Positions 49,241 to 63,194 of a stretch of 64,000 bases of DNA are shown piece by piece (position 1 is the stretch's first letter; every line of letters starts with the position of its first letter). Source of the DNA: Mobula hypostoma (lineage: Eukaryota). The stretch covers positions 154,692,001 to 154,756,000 of the forward strand of contig NC_086097.1 of the NCBI RefSeq assembly GCF_963921235.1. The letters are read 5' to 3'. A model generated the notes under the pieces. That model did not search any database and was not told the DNA's origin. It saw only the letters and a list, made by a program, of their open reading frames with translations. A program made the translations under genes and the position numbers.

Positions 49241-50254
49241 CTCCCTAATCTTGTAGCATTTTCTCCATGTTCAAGATACACCCACTAGTGGAAGCATTTC
49301 AACATCTACCTTGAAATGCTCCAGAAGGATGTTATATATTTCAACTCTACTCGACTCCAAAGAATATACATCTTATTTCTTTCGCTGCTTATAACTCTTG
49401 CATCCAGGAATTAGCTCCTTGAATCCCCTTTGGACAGCCTCAATACATATTTTTCTTAAATAAGCAGACCAAAATGATCCACAGTAGTCTTGGCTGTATT
49501 ATCACCAGTACTTTCTACAATAGCAATAACAATCCCCTTCAGTATTTCTAAACTCCAATTCTCTTCAATAAAGGTAAATGTGCTATTTGCCTTTCCAACT
49601 ACTTGCTGTAGTTGCCTGCTAAACTTCTGCAGTTCTTGCACAAGAAAACTTAAATCCTTTTGTACTTCACTCATCCACAATCTTTCTGACTAATAAGGTG
49701 CCTTTAGGTTCTTTTTACTAAAATGCACAACTTTTCATTTTCCCACATTAAACATCATGTACCATTTCTTTGCTCATTCATTTAACCTTTCTATATCCAG
49801 TTGCAGCATCCTTTCATTTTCAACACAACATGCCCTCCTGCCTATTTTCAAGTCATCGCAAACCAGGACACTTTAAATGCTGCCCCTTCTTTCAGGTTAT
49901 TAACATAAATTATAAATCATTCAAGGCCAAGAACTGATCGTCAGGGTTCTTTACTAGTTACATACATCCAGCCTGAAACATACCCTTTTTATTCTGACTC
50001 TCTGTTTAGATAACCTATTTCACTTTATACCTTAAGTGCAACAGCCTTTTACAAAACACCAAGTCAAATGACTTCTGAAAATATTGATTTCTCTTAATTG
50101 ACTCTGTCACATCTCAAAGATTTTTAGCAAATTTGTTAAACATGATTAATCAGTTTTAAAACCACATTGACCTGATTTAATTGCATTAAAGCTCACCTAC
50201 TTCTTCCTTAATTATAGACTCCAACATTTTACTTACAACAGATGTTAGGCTAAT

Positions 50255-50865
50255 AAAGTTCAAGTTCAAAGTACATTTATTATCAAAGTACAAATACTGT
50301 ATGTCACCACAAACAACATTGAGATTCATTTTCTTGTGGTCATTCAAAGTACAAGAAAAACAATAAAATCAATGAAAGACCACACTCTACAGGATGGACA
50401 AACAACCAATGTATAAAAGATACCAAACTATGAAAATACAGAAGAAAAGAAATAACAATAAATAAGTAATACATATTGAGAACATGATATAGAGAGTCCT
50501 TGAGAGTGAGTCCATATGTTATTGGAACATTTCCAGTGATGGGGCGATAGAAGTTGAGTGAAATTATCCCCAGTTTCGAGAGCCTGATGGTTGAGGGTTA
50601 ATACCTGTTTCTGAACCTGGTGGTGTGAATCCTGAGGCTCCTGTACCTTCTTCCTGATGGCAGCAGTGAGAAGAGAGCATGGCCTGTATGATAGGGATCC
50701 TTGATGATGGATTCTGCTTTCCTATGACAGTGCTCCATGTAGATGTTCTCAAAGGAGGGGAGGCTTTACCGGTGATGGACTGGGCCATATACAGTACTTA
50801 TTGAAGGCTTTTCCATTCAAGGGAATTGTTGTTTCCATACCAGGCTGTGATGCAACCAATCAACA
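50255..50865 (-). mobile_element. Rex1/Babar-type LINE 3' fragment
   Basis: GCITAWYGN and LLPSGRRYRS-type remnant, same family as 2925-4092, with an aagttc-repeat tail. Embedded in a decayed CR1 (about 48120-51340). Confidence 0.75.
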
Positions 50866-51479
50866 GACCTAACCTACAGTTCCCTGGTTTCTGTCTACCC
50901 CTCTCTTGAATAAAGGAATCACATCTGTGGTCTTCCAATTTGTGTTTTTCTACATTCAGGGAGTCCTGTAAATAATTAATCAATGGTTCCACCATCTCTG
51001 CAGACATGTCCTTTAAAACCATTGGTAACCAAGTTATGAGGACCTGGCTATTTGTCTACTTCTAGTCCCACTAGTTTTTCTCATGCCTTGCCCTTTGTGG
51101 TAGTTCTTTCACAATATTTGAAACTTGTCTGTTAGAACTATTTGGGATATTTGCAGTGTTGTGAAAATTGCTGTGAAATATTGATGTAATCTAGTTATTG
51201 TTTCCTTGTTTCATGTTATTGCATAGTCTCCAGTGGTCCCACACTTGCTCTTGCCATTCACTTCCTTTTGATACACTCATAAAAGTCTGTGACTTTTTAT
51301 ATTACATCAGTTTTTTGTCATAATCATTCTTCTCCCTGCCATAGTGACAGCTGTTTTTAAAGGGGACACTAAATTAGTCCCACAGCTTTGTTCTTTCTTC
51401 ATGGCTCTGAAATTTCTTCATTGCTCTACATTTCCTTTACGATATATGAAAAAAAATCTTTTTGGAACGTTACAACTGA

Positions 51480-52085
51480 ATTTGCTTCTCGATCCTTTGA
51501 GACATTGGAACCAGGATGAAAATAATTGCCCTATTTACTGCCGTTACGAGGCCAAACTTAGGCTGGAAGAACACCACCTCATATTCCATCCGGGTAGCCT
51601 CTAACCTGATGGCATGAACATCAGTAGCTCTAACTTCCAGTGATTTCTCCAGCCTCCCCGTCTTTCTTTTTCCATTCCTCATTCTAGTTACTCCATCTCT
51701 TCTCCTCATCTGCCTATCACCTCCCTCTGGTTCCCTTCCCCCTTCCCTTTCTTCACTGGTCCACTGTCTTGTCCTGTTAGATTTCTTCTCTGCAGCCCTT
51801 CACCACCTATCACCTCCTAGCCTCTCATTTCACCCCCCCCCCACCCATCCAACTTCCCCCTCATCTGGTTTCACTTATCACCCACCAGCTTTTACTCTTT
51901 CCCCTCCCTCAATGTCTTGTTTTGGATTCTGACACCTTCTTTCCCAGTCCTGGTGAAGGTCTCAGTCCAAAATTGTGACTGTTTATTTCCCTCCATAGAC
52001 ACTGCTTGACCTGCTGACGTCTTTCAACATGTTGTCTGTGTTGCTCTGGATTTCCAGTGCCTGCAGAATTTCTTGTGTTTATGAT
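51480..52085 (+). mobile_element. Decayed Penelope-like 3' fragment
   Basis: EAKLRLEEHHLIFHPGSL remnant, pyrimidine tract, and terminal motif cagtcctggtgaaggtctc. Confidence 0.7.
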
Positions 52086-52323
52086 TTGCTGTATCAAAAT
52101 TACCTCTTCAGTGAGCACATTTCCTTCAGAACTGAATGGAAAGTCGTAATGTATATGATGATACAAATGCATTTGAATTTGTAAGTCATAGTCTCAATCA
52201 TTTCACAGATACCAAGAAATGATTAATAAGTAAATCAGGATTTTTCTCATAAAACTGGTTCAATCAAGTGACTTTGAATAAGTTCTAATTAAGATCATGG
52301 TTTAAAATGAAACATGTCTGTAC

Positions 52324-52506
52324 CTTTTGGACCTACTGGTCCTCTGGCTCCCTCCAGACCTTGTTCTCCGGGTGGGCCAGGTTCCCCTGGAACACCAGGT
52401 CTCCCTGGAAATCCATCATTCCCTTGTGGACCAGGAGGCCCTGGCTTTCCAGGTGTTGACTTAACGGAAACTGGTTGAAACTGAGACATGAGATAGGACA
52501 ACCGAG
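52324..52506 (-). CDS. COL22A1: COL22A1 exon (183 bp; end of NC2, start of COL1)
   Basis: ttttcag|[26 protein letters not shown]...GPVGPK|gtac, phase 1-1. Confidence 0.92.
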
Positions 52507-53804
52507 CTGAAAACAAAATGAGCAAAGTATTTTTTTAAATAACTCATTGACATGGCAAAAGCATTTTCACATTTTTTTTTAACAAAGGTTCTGCAGTTTA
52601 GTTTATCATTGTATGCAGGAGGTATATTGATACATGCAGTCTAGTTGCATAACTGTAGATTTGATCATGACATCCACAGAGTTTTTTTTTAATAATAACA
52701 AAAATAAAAAATGCCAGCAAAACTCAGCAGATCAGCCAACATCTATGGAGAAAGAAATAGCGTTAACATTTTAACCAAAATTTTAATCAAAACCAAAATT
52801 AGAAATCAAATTAATTTGCAGAGAAGATGGAGAGGTAGAGGGAACAAATGGAATCAATGTGATTAGCGGGACACCAAGACAGATTGAATAATACAGGTGA
52901 CAGTGGCATTCACTGAAAGAAGACAGTGAAGAATTTTTAAACGTAATGTATCCCGAATTTTCTCCTGTTGTTTCAGATTTCCAGCATATGTGATTTTATT
53001 TCTGTAAATTGAATATATTTGAAACAATGTTACTGGAACTTAATAGAAAAAGAGTATCAGTCCCCAGCTATATCACTGTTGTCTGATTCATATTCTCTCT
53101 CTCCATCTCTTACGACTAAACTGAAATCATTATCAGAGTTTAATATCATATTGAGGGAACATGGATTTCACAACAGAATTAAATAGTATTCAAGTGGTTT
53201 ATTGCATTTCAATCTTTATTAAATGCATAACATTTCTTCATTGATGTTTTTATAAGCAACTTAGCTCACAAATGTTTCCACCTTACTAGCCTCATCAGGC
53301 TTGGCACAAACTGAGTAAAGCTGTAAACCAAGGAAATAGCCAACAGATTAGGCAGCATCTGTGAAGAAAGCAAATGAGCTTTGTGGCCTTCATCCTGTCG
53401 AAAATCTAAACTTGAGCAATTGTTCTTCTGATGATGCACTTTGAGTGTGAACATTTTCGGACTTTGTTTCAGATTTGTACAGAATGCTCTGTATGTATTT
53501 GGAGATTTTATTTCCCTTTTGAGATTTACATTCCAGTCTAACCTTCAGAAATGCACACTCATTGTTTGTGCTTTTAAAATTTTATTGTTCTTCTATGTGC
53601 TCTAAAATAATCAATTCTTTTGAAATGATAGGATTGTTTTGAACCTAACAGTTTAGGCAATTGAGAGTGCCCAAACAAATTTACCATAGTTAGAGAAAGA
53701 AGAATTTCTCCTTATTGCTTGAGATTAGGTTGAAAGTTGGCACCAGACTTCTATTCTTAAGCACGTGGAGCACAGTAATTACAGAAATATGAAGTGTAAC
53801 CTAC

Positions 53805-53871
53805 CATCAAGCTGCTTCGACAGCTCTTCCCTTATAAGTCTTCTCAAATACTCAGATGAAGGTGGCTCACC
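53805..53871 (-). CDS. COL22A1: COL22A1 NC2 exon (67 bp)
   Basis: ttccttag|GEPPSSEYLRRLIREELSKQLD|gtagg. The recalled human sequence is SPSMETLRRLIQEELGKQLE. Phase 0-1. Confidence 0.92.
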
Positions 53872-54444
53872 CTAAGGAAAACATCACCACGATATGTCAC
53901 TGTCTGGTCGGAGAGGGAGTTCTGCAAAACTGTTCATCTGACATGATTTTTGCCACCTGACATTAGATGCCAGGAGCGAAGACAAGAAATTTTAAATAAA
54001 CAGAAAAGATGTAAAAAAGCACATATCTAAATTCTTTCCTTTACCTCTTGTGCGCTGGTGGTTTGATCACACTAAATAACTCTTAAGTTTCTAAAATTAT
54101 CAAGTCCAAAATAGAAAACAAGGAAGACTGAAAATGAAGCAGAGTTCCAACTCTCTGGTTAGGGCAGCGTACAAGACTACAGGAATGTTGACGGGAATGA
54201 AAGATTGTAGCCATAAGGAAAGATTCCATTGCTTTGGAAAAGAAGTAGTTGCAGGGAGTCTTCACTAAGACATATAAAATGATAAGAGGCCCAGATCGAA
54301 AAAAAATAATAAGGGACAGTTTCCCTTAGCAGACCAGATTAAAAAAAGTGATATAGATTTAGAGGAAGATCTATAATAGCTATTTCACTTAATGGGTAGC
54401 AGGGTCTGAAAGGGTAGCAGAAGCAGAAGCCCTCTTCACATTAG

Positions 54445-54740
54445 GAGGTGTCACGGATGTGTAGCGGTTAGTATGACGTTAATACAGCTCAGTGGAAACA
54501 GTTTGGAATTCAGTTCCAGCACCATCCTGTATGGAGTTTGTACATTCTTCCCATGACTGTGTATGTTTCTTCTAGGTGCCTCCCACAGTCCAAAGACATA
54601 TCGGTTAGCAAGCTAATTGGTCATTATAAATTGTCCTGTGTTTGGGCTATGGTTAAACAGGTGGGTTGCTGGGCAGCATGGCTCGTTAGGCCAAAAGGGC
54701 ATGTTTGACACTATATCTCTAAATAAATAAAATAAAAAAA
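54445..54740 (+). mobile_element. tRNA-derived V-SINE-like element
   Basis: Head gtgtagcggttag, central tggagtttgtacattcttccc...ctcccacagtccaaagac, A-rich tail. Confidence 0.6.
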
Positions 54741-55345
54741 TATATAAATAACTACCTGGACATATACTTGAAGAGCAGCAGGTCTTGTACTGAATGACTC
54801 AGATTAGCTTATTGTCATTTACATCACTGCGTTTTGAAATTCCTTCCTCATGAGAAGCTCACAGAGTAACCAGTAGACGGTAGTAATAAATACAACAGGT
54901 GCAATACAGCAGAATGGCACAAGGATTCTAGTGCAAAAGGTCACTGGATAACGGTTGAAGGCAGGAATCCTGTTAATTTCCTCACCCTCACCTCCTTTAT
55001 CTAGTCATCAATTGAATTGGCCCTTCTGCCAGAGGGTAGTGACTTGATGGAATATGGCTATAGAGGGTTATGGAGGCCAAGTTATTCGGAGTATTAAAGG
55101 CAGATAATGACAAGTTGTTGATTAGTTTGGGGGTGAAGGGGTACAGTGAGAGGGCAGGAGAATGGATTGAAAATCAGCTATGACTGAATAATGAAGCAGA
55201 TTCTATGAGCTGAAAGGCCTAATTCTGCTTCTATATATTCTGATTGTATGGTGTAGTGGTTCCAAGTCTGAAGAAATCTTTTCATTTCTTGACAATTCTA
55301 ACTGACTTTAATGACAAGGTTGATAATCACTTTTAAGTTACTTAC

Positions 55346-55525
55346 TCTTTCCCCAGGTAAGCCAGGAGAACCTGGTTGACCTGGTGGGCCAGTTGGACCT
55401 CGTTCTCCAGGAGGCCCAGTTGGACCCATTATTCCAGTATGTCCTTTTATTCCTGGGAGGCCTGGATCACCAGATTGTCCTTTCTCACCCTGGTTTCCTT
55501 TTTCACCTTTAAAACCCCGGTCACC
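55346..55525 (-). CDS. COL22A1: COL22A1 exon (180 bp)
   Basis: aacag|GDRGFKGEK...[10 protein letters not shown]...GLPGER|gtaag, 20 perfect Gly-X-Y triplets. Confidence 0.92.
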
Positions 55526-55902
55526 CTGTTCAAAAGAAAGAAAATCATAATGAAGCAGTAATAACATCCTTCAAAAATAAAGGACTTTTTAAAAACATTT
55601 TTCATCATTTTTTCGGAAAAACCTATTTAACAAGTTATTTGCCAAACTTAAATAAGTCTGTTTCATGGACTTGATTGGAAGATTCAAGTTCATGAAACTT
55701 GAATCTCAATTTCTAATAAAATCATAAATGCATCAATTTCTAATAATCTCAATTTCTAATAAAATCATAAATGCATCAAGCTGGAAGATAAATAAAGGAA
55801 ACATTCCTTTATCATGATGACTCAATATATTTCACAGCAAATATACTGCTTACTAAGGTATTGTTAACTACCTCTACTGGTGTCAGTTGAGTTCTGAATT
55901 AA

Positions 55903-56456
55903 TAACACAAAATACTCTGCAGATGCTGGGTTCAAAGCAACACTCACAACACGCTGGAGGAACTCAGCAGGTCAGGCAGCATCTGTGGAAATGATCAGTC
56001 AACGTTTCAGGCCAGAACCTTCAGGCCAGAGACTGAAAAGGGAAGGGGCAGAGGTCCTATAAAGAAGGTGGGGGGGGTGGGGAGGGTGGTAGGTTCCAGG
56101 TGAAAAACCAGTAAGGGGAAAGATAAAGGGGTGGGGGAGGGGAAGCAAGGAGGTAATAGGCAGGAAAGGTGAAGACGGAATAGGGGAAAACACAATGGGT
56201 AGTAGAAGGAGGCGGAACCATGAGGGAGGTGGTAGGGATAGGGAAAGGGAGGAGGAGGGAATTACTGGAAGTTAGAGAATTCTATGTTCATACCAAGGGG
56301 CTGGAGACTACCTAGACAATATATGAGGTGTTGCTCCTCCAGCCTCAGTTTAGCCTCATCATGGCTGTAGAGGAGGCCATGTATAGCCCGTAACGTTAAC
56401 TGATCATTTCCACGGATGCTGCCCGACCTGCTGAGTTCCTCCAGAGTGTTGTGAAT
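55903..56456 (-). mobile_element. Penelope-derived element with inverted termini
   Basis: Inverted arms (ctggaggaactcagcaggtc / gacctgctgagttcctccag). Flanking duplication gttgagtt(c/a)tgaattaa at 55886-55902 and 56457-56473. Confidence 0.8.
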
Positions 56457-57114
56457 GTTGAGTTATGAATTAAGTTTATATCTATTAAGAAGTTAACCAA
56501 TCATGGGCAGGGATCTGGAAATACAAATTTATTTGTTAGTGTCTTTTGCTTTTGACACCTTTTACAGAATCTGACACTGTTTTCTGTAAATTCCAATGGA
56601 ATGAAAATGGATCAAAATTAAACTACTGGAAGAACTCAGTGAATCAAACAGGAGCTGTGGAAGGAAAGAAATGGTCAACATTTCAGATTGAGACCTTGGA
56701 TTAGGAATGAAAAATGATTGGTTTTGTAAATAGCGAGTTTTTTTCCAGCCATATTTTCTCATCTACATTCAGCTTAGCTGGTGCACAAACCCAGAAGTTA
56801 ATTACAGAAATCTTTGCCCATGCCTCAAGGCCAACAAACTATGCACCTACTTGCTTATTAAAACTGAACTGAATGTTACCTCAGTATTTTGAGGAATAAA
56901 TAAGTAAACTGAAACAGTACTTGGCTACTGAGAGCATACAAGTTTCTGACTGATATTTGGTCTTTATGGAATTGGCTTTGACTATAACATACCTTTATTT
57001 TGATGTTTTTATATTGACCATTCTCTTTTGAGGGGTCTTTGATAAGAACCATCATTTTATTTAGTACTCAAGGTCTTGAAATAGATCATTTATCTTCCAG
57101 ACAGAATCACTTAC

Positions 57115-57159
57115 CCTTTCTCCTTTGGACCCCTGTTCACCAGGTTTGCCAGGATATCC
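57115..57159 (-). CDS. COL22A1: COL22A1 exon (45 bp)
   Basis: aatcag|GYPGKPGEQGSKGER|gtaagt. Confidence 0.9.
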
Positions 57160-57295
57160 CTGATTAAAGAAGTAAAGCATCCATGAAACAGTGAAGTGAT
57201 ATGGTCTATTGTTTAGTTCAGTACAAGGTAAATAATAACTATGAAGAGGTGATTTCTATTAGAAAATGAAAGGAAATGCAGAATGTATGACTTAC

Positions 57296-57331
57296 TGTCT
57301 TGCCTGGAGCTCCTGTCTCTCCTGGAGGACC
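57296..57331 (-). CDS. COL22A1: COL22A1 exon (36 bp)
   Basis: aacag|GPPGETGAPGKT|gtaagt. Confidence 0.88.
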
Positions 57332-57924
57332 CTGTTCATGGAAGTATATAATTAGTATGTATAGCTATAAAGGCAAGATAGAAGGGAAGGAAATATTGGG
57401 TGACAAACAGATAAACAGGAGTAAGGATCTTACATTTAAGAGGCATTTAGACAGACATTTAAATAAGTAAGGCATAGAAGGATATGGTTCTAATCTGGCC
57501 AAATGATATTAATATACATGGACAAAAACAATAGCTTTCACATTATTTATTTATTATTATAACAACGTAGTAATTTTTTGTGTCTTGCACTGTACTGCTG
57601 CCAAAAACCAACAAATTTCATGATATCTATCAGTGATGATAAACCTGATACTGATGAATAAAGGACCAAAAGACCCATTTCTGCACTCTACAGCTCTATG
57701 AAACCAGTTGCCTTTTCAAGGTTAATCTATCATTTAATAAAATTATATTCAATCTCATGCCTCTCAATCCACCAGTTCAACATGCACATAATAATCAGCG
57801 ACAATTAAAACTTTGTAAATATTAAAACATGTTTAGGAGAAAAAATAATTTAAAGTAAGAATGAGTAAAATAAAAACACACACCTGCACTTTCCATTTCA
57901 GTACGTATTATTTACTTGTTTTAT

Positions 57925-58172
57925 TTTTTTTAAAAGATACAGCACATAACAGGTTGAAGAGCTTGTGCCACCAAATTACACCAATGTAACCAATCAACCT
58001 CCGAACCCGCATGTCTTTGGAATGTGGAAGGAAAGCCGAGCACCCAGAGGAAACCCACGTGGTCACATGGAGAAAACAGAAACTCCTTCAGACAGCGAAG
58101 GAATTGAATACAGCTGGTGTTGTAATAGCATTGCAGCATTGCACTAACCACGGTGCTATCATGCCACCCCAA
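57925..58172 (-). mobile_element. tRNA-derived V-SINE-like element
   Basis: Reverse strand reads gggtggcatgatagcaccgtggttagtgca...gtgggtttcctctgggtgctcggctttccttccacattccaaagac. Confidence 0.6.
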
Positions 58173-58854
58173 ATGTATCAGCAAAAGTAAATTCAAAACT
58201 TTAATATTTATGATCTGTGTTATCAATAAATATCAAAAAGTACAATGATTTTTTTATTACTTGAAATACTTGAGTTGAATCACTGAAATCAAAATATGAT
58301 TTTCCATAATTTTTATTTCATTACCAGCAGCCCTTGGTTATAGTTCCTTTAATACATCAGCCACTGCAGTCGTGGATTGCAGGATCCCCATGGGGAGTGA
58401 TTTATGCTCTCAGGCCACATCAAGCCCATTTCCCTTGCTTCCTTTCAATGCTTCATGAGACCGTGATGGACAGATCACCTTAACAGCCCTAACTATTTCA
58501 CATGGGTCAAGTACAAATCTCATTACTGCCACTGTCAACTCGAAAGCAGCAGAATATGTGAATCATCCAGGTTTGCTTTAAGTATTTTTTACAACAATAA
58601 CTCCTTTTTAAATCAGAACATTACAGATTATAGTAACTTCTGATTTGGCGTTAGCATACATTTAGCATACTGTATATCTAATACAATAAGAATGTGTGTA
58701 ACCCAATTTCTTGAAATAAAGTTCATAAGAGGTTTAAATGGAGATTACAATCCTGAAAATTCCATGTAGAGTGTGGATGAACAGTATTGTTGTGAAAAAT
58801 CAAATAATTTAAGATGCAATATTTGTATATTGAGAAGTCTTAGAAACAGCCTGT

Positions 58855-59745
58855 CATAGAAACATAGAAAACCTACAGCACAATACAGGCCCTTCGGCCC
58901 ACAAAGCTGTGCCGAACATGTACTTAACTTAGAAATGACCTAGGGTTACCCATAGCCCTTCATTTTTCTGAGCTCCATGTACCGGTCCAGGAGTTTCTCA
59001 AAAGACCCTATCGTATCTGTCTCCACCACCGTCACCGGCAGCCCGTTCCATGCACTCACCACTCTCTGCACAAAAAACTTACCCCAGACACCTCCTCTAT
59101 ACCTTCTTCCAAGCACCTTAAAACTGTGCCCTCTCGTGCTAGCTGTTTCAGCCCTGGGAAAAAGCCTCTGACTATCCACACGATCAATACCTCTCATCAT
59201 CTTATACACCTCTGTCAGGTCACCTCTCACCCTCCATTGCTCCAAGGAGAAAAGGCTGAGTTCACTCAACCTGTTTTCATAAGGCATGCTTCCCAGTCTG
59301 GGAACATCCTTGTAAAACTCCTCTGTACCCTTTCTCTGGTTTCCACATCCTTCCTGTAGTGAGGCGACCAGAACTGAGCACAGTACTCCAAGTGGGGTCT
59401 GACCAGGGTCCTATACAGCTGCAACATTACCTCTCGACTCCTAAACACAATCCCACGATTGATGAAGGCCAATGCACTGTATGCTTTCTTAACCACAGAG
59501 TCAACCTGCACAGCAGCTTTGAGTGTCCTATGGACTCAGACCCCAGGATCTGTCTGATCCTCCACACTGCCCAGAGTCTTACCATTAATACTATATTCTG
59601 TCAACATATTTGACCTACCAAAATGAACCACCTCACATTTATCTGGGTTGATCTTCATCTGCCACTTCTCAGCCCAGTTTTGCATCCTATCAATGTCCCG
59701 CTGTAACCTCTGACAGCCCTCCACACTATCCACAACAACCTCCAA
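58855..59745 (-). mobile_element. CR1 LINE 3' fragment
   Basis: LQRDIDRMQNWAEKWQM, RPHLEYCAQFWSP and TRGHSFKV, with a catagaaa tail. Confidence 0.88.
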
Positions 59746-59764
59746 CTGACTGAATGATTTAAAT

Positions 59765-60124
59765 ATAAACACGACAAAGTCGACAGATGCAGGAAATCTA
59801 AAGCAACACACACACAAAGTGCTGGAGGAACTCAGCTGGTCAGGCAGCATCTATGGAAATGAATAAATCAATATTTTGGACCAAAACCCTTCTGAGAAGG
59901 AAAGGGGAAGATTTCAGAATAAAAAGGTGGAGGAGGGCAAGAATGCTAGCTGAAAGGTAATGGGTGAAGCCAGGTGAGCATAAAAGGACAAGGGCTGGAG
60001 AAGAAGGAATCGGACAGGAGAGGAGAGTGAGCAATAGAAGAATGAGAAGGAGGAAGGAATCTGGGGGAAGGAATAGGCAGGTGAAAAGAGGTAAATGGTC
60101 GGAGTGAGGAATAGGGAACATTTG
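59765..60124 (-). mobile_element. Penelope-derived insertion
   Basis: Same terminus as the other copies. 14-bp TSD tgaatgatttaaat at 59751-59764 and 60125-60138. Confidence 0.75.
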
Positions 60125-62134
60125 TGAATGATTTAAATTATGGTTAGAATTTGCTCCAGATTCCAACACCTGCAATCTCTTGTGTCTCCATGGTTAGGAT
60201 TTTAATTGGTCATTCAAAACAAAAATAGTTGTTTATCTTTGTCTTTAGGAAATGTAAATTGTTACAATACATGTAGTGAAATTATGATCAAGTTGTGATG
60301 GGAAACAAGTGCTCTACAGTTTCTGGTTATTTTAAGTGTAGTTTAAGTGTGATAGTGAAAGCTTATGAGGCTCTTTTGCCTTGCAGCAGTTTGATTTCTT
60401 GTTCCATATTCCAGCATCTACCTCTCTTATGTCTCCAGAAATAGATGAATACTTGATAAGCAAGGGGACGAAAAGTTACTGTGGCTAAACAGGAATGTGC
60501 AATTAAGGTCACCATCAGAACAACCACAAACTGATTAAAGGTGCAGCAGGCCAAATTCAATAGTTCCACTGCAAGCTCCTTTCCCTTCGGCTTGTAATTT
60601 ATTTCTCACCATATAATTATCCAATTCCTTCTGGAAGACCACAATGGAACCTCCCTCCATCACATCTGCAGGCAGTGAGTTTGAGAATCTAAATACATGC
60701 CGTGTTAAAAATAGGTCACTCTTGTTCTTAATAATCTTCCCTTTTATCTTACACTTCATGTCCTCTAGTTCTTAACATTTCATCAATTCATATCTACCAG
60801 AAAATACACTCACTCACTCACTCTACCCAATCCTTGTAACTTTAGTGAATACACAAGAGACTGCAGAGGCTAGGTTCTGGAGCAATAACAACCTACTAGA
60901 AGAACTCAGTGGGTTAGGCGGCACCTGTGGGAGAAAAGGAATTGACAATCTTCTGAGTGGAAAACCTGAATCAGAACTGGTGAGTTTAAGGTTGAAACTC
61001 TGCATCAGTTCCAATGCAGGGTTTCAATCCAAAATGGGAGAATTACTGTCTGCCCATAGATGTTGTCTGATGTGCTGAGTTCCTCCAGCAGATTGTTTGT
61101 TGCATGTAATTTTAGTCCCTCATCCTAGGAACTAAGGAAGTCTTTTTTGGACTCTCTCCAATGCTTTCATGTCCTTGTTTTAATTATGTGGCCAGATTTG
61201 AACAGAATATTCCAATTAATATTTAAGTGATTGAAAGGATCAGGGTGACTTCTCTCTTTCCTAGTTCTCATGAGTGGATAGCAATTGTCATCCTAGTATG
61301 TAAGGAAGAAGAAAGAATACAGAGAACTATTCCTTTGTTAGCCTAATGACAGTAACAGGGAAATGCTGTAATAAAGCATGTCAAAGTAGAACACTTTAAA
61401 GGCAATAAGAAGATTGAGCAGAGTCATTTTGGTTGGAAAGTAGGAGAGCGGAATATTTTGTAAATGTAGAAGATTTTAATTTTGATGTTCAGTGGCACTT
61501 ACAGTATGTGTTTTTGTTCACAAGTCACAATTAACTCAAGACAAATGGTATGTGGGTCTTTGTTATAAAAGTGGAGTAAATATATCTTGTAGTAATTATA
61601 TTGGCTGTTGGTGAAAATGCACATGAAGCATTGTCTACAGTTTAGCTGCCTTATCCAAAAGAGGATATGTTTGCCTTGTAAAGGGTGCAGGGAAAATTCA
61701 CTAGAATGATTCCAAAGATGGCAATTTTTTTCTTTGCTTGATGAGATATTGAGCAGATTGGGTCTACATTCTCTTGAGTTTAGAAGAATGACATATCTCA
61801 CTGAAAATTAAAGATCTTGCAGGTTGGATCCAGGAAGAATGTTCTGCTGAGAAATCTATAATCAGGGGTTATGGCATTCAGAATCAGTAGTAGATTACTT
61901 AAGAATGCAATAAGGAGGAACTTCAAGTTATCTTCACCAGAAGGCTGTGTGAGTCGAGCCATTATGTCCAGATATACAGCGAAAGGATGGATGAGCTGGC
62001 AAATCAGCTATGATTTATATTATCGTCAGAACAGGCTTGAAATGCAAGATAGCTCACCATTCTTGCTTCTGTTCCTTACATTTTTTAACAGAACCATTCA
62101 GTTTTGAGAATGGAATAAAACGAATGATACTCAC

Positions 62135-62206
62135 ACGAGATCCTGGTAGCCCTAGAACTCCTGGAAACCCTGGATCTCCATTTGATCCTTTTGAACCCTT
62201 TGGTCC
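62135..62206 (-). CDS. COL22A1: COL22A1 exon (72 bp)
   Basis: ttttag|GPKGSKGSNGDPGFPGVLGLPGSR|gtgagt. Confidence 0.9.
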
Positions 62207-63118
62207 CTAAAATTCAAAATAATTTCTAATAATACAGTAATTTCTAATAATTTCTAATAATACTAGTTTAATCTCTAAAATAAGATAAAAGTAGATAAGT
62301 CAATTAATCAGTACAAAATTCATGTTTTTGGCATAGACAAAGTACTTTATGAAGAGGGTTACTTAACACAAAAAAAATTTGTTTTATAACATGAATGAAA
62401 AAAGGGCACAATTTTGAAATCTTGGCTCACTGCATGATTACAAAATGTTTGCTTTTAATTTTTCATATCTTTCTTCTCTTTTCTAAATAAGTTGTTTCTT
62501 TCTAGCAGGTGTTGATGATGAAGTTATTACTGTTAAAGTTGACTCTATCCTCACCAAAACAAAATTAAAAGGTGTGTCTACTAGGAAGTCTGCACAGGAG
62601 AGCCATTTGAATTTTCTGTCTCTGTTGTCCATGGACACTGCCATCAACAATGATAGTTTCATTAACATGACAGTTTGGTTCACAAAGCATAGATTAGAAA
62701 CCAAACCTGTAGCACTCATGAAATAATCAAAAACTGAACATATTAAAATTAATGATACCAACGTTAAAAATAATTATACTAATAATGGATACTTATTAAT
62801 GTCTAGTCTCCTAACATACAACCGTTCAATCTTTTGAATCATTCAGTCTTTTTGAGAAGTCTTTTTGTTTTTAATGGAACATTATAAGTTTCCGTGATCT
62901 GATCACCAGTTGGTGAAGCTTAATCAAATAACGCATCCAATAAACAATACCCTTTGTAAAATACATGCATTCAAAACAAGCAGAATTCACTCTTCCATCC
63001 CTACAGAAAAATGCACATATTTATTTTCATCAACCATTCTCCCACCCCCCATCACTTCCCAAAACCCAACTGCACAATGCACATTTTTCTTCTATTTATT
63101 GTTAACTGTGGGACCTAC

Positions 63119-63172
63119 CGGTAGACCTGGTTCACCGGGCTTTCCTTCAGGTCCAGAAGGGCCAGGTTTACC
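63119..63172 (-). CDS. COL22A1: COL22A1 exon (54 bp); the gene continues beyond the window
   Basis: ctttacag|GKPGPSGPEGKPGEPGLP|gtaggt. Confidence 0.9.
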
Positions 63173-63194
63173 CTGTAAAGAATTACACACGTTA

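Noticed and set aside
55700..55780. Short local duplications (also 939-976, 24531-24602, 62219-62262)
   Set aside because: Ordinary slippage duplications with no sign of function.
46956..63172. Assigning the minus-strand collagen to COL16A1, COL19A1 or COL21A1
   Set aside because: NC2 (LRRLIREELSKQLDARLSYL) and NC1 (ASLASRPSNQKGP) match recalled COL22A1 much better. A close COL22A1-like paralogue cannot be excluded without a tree.
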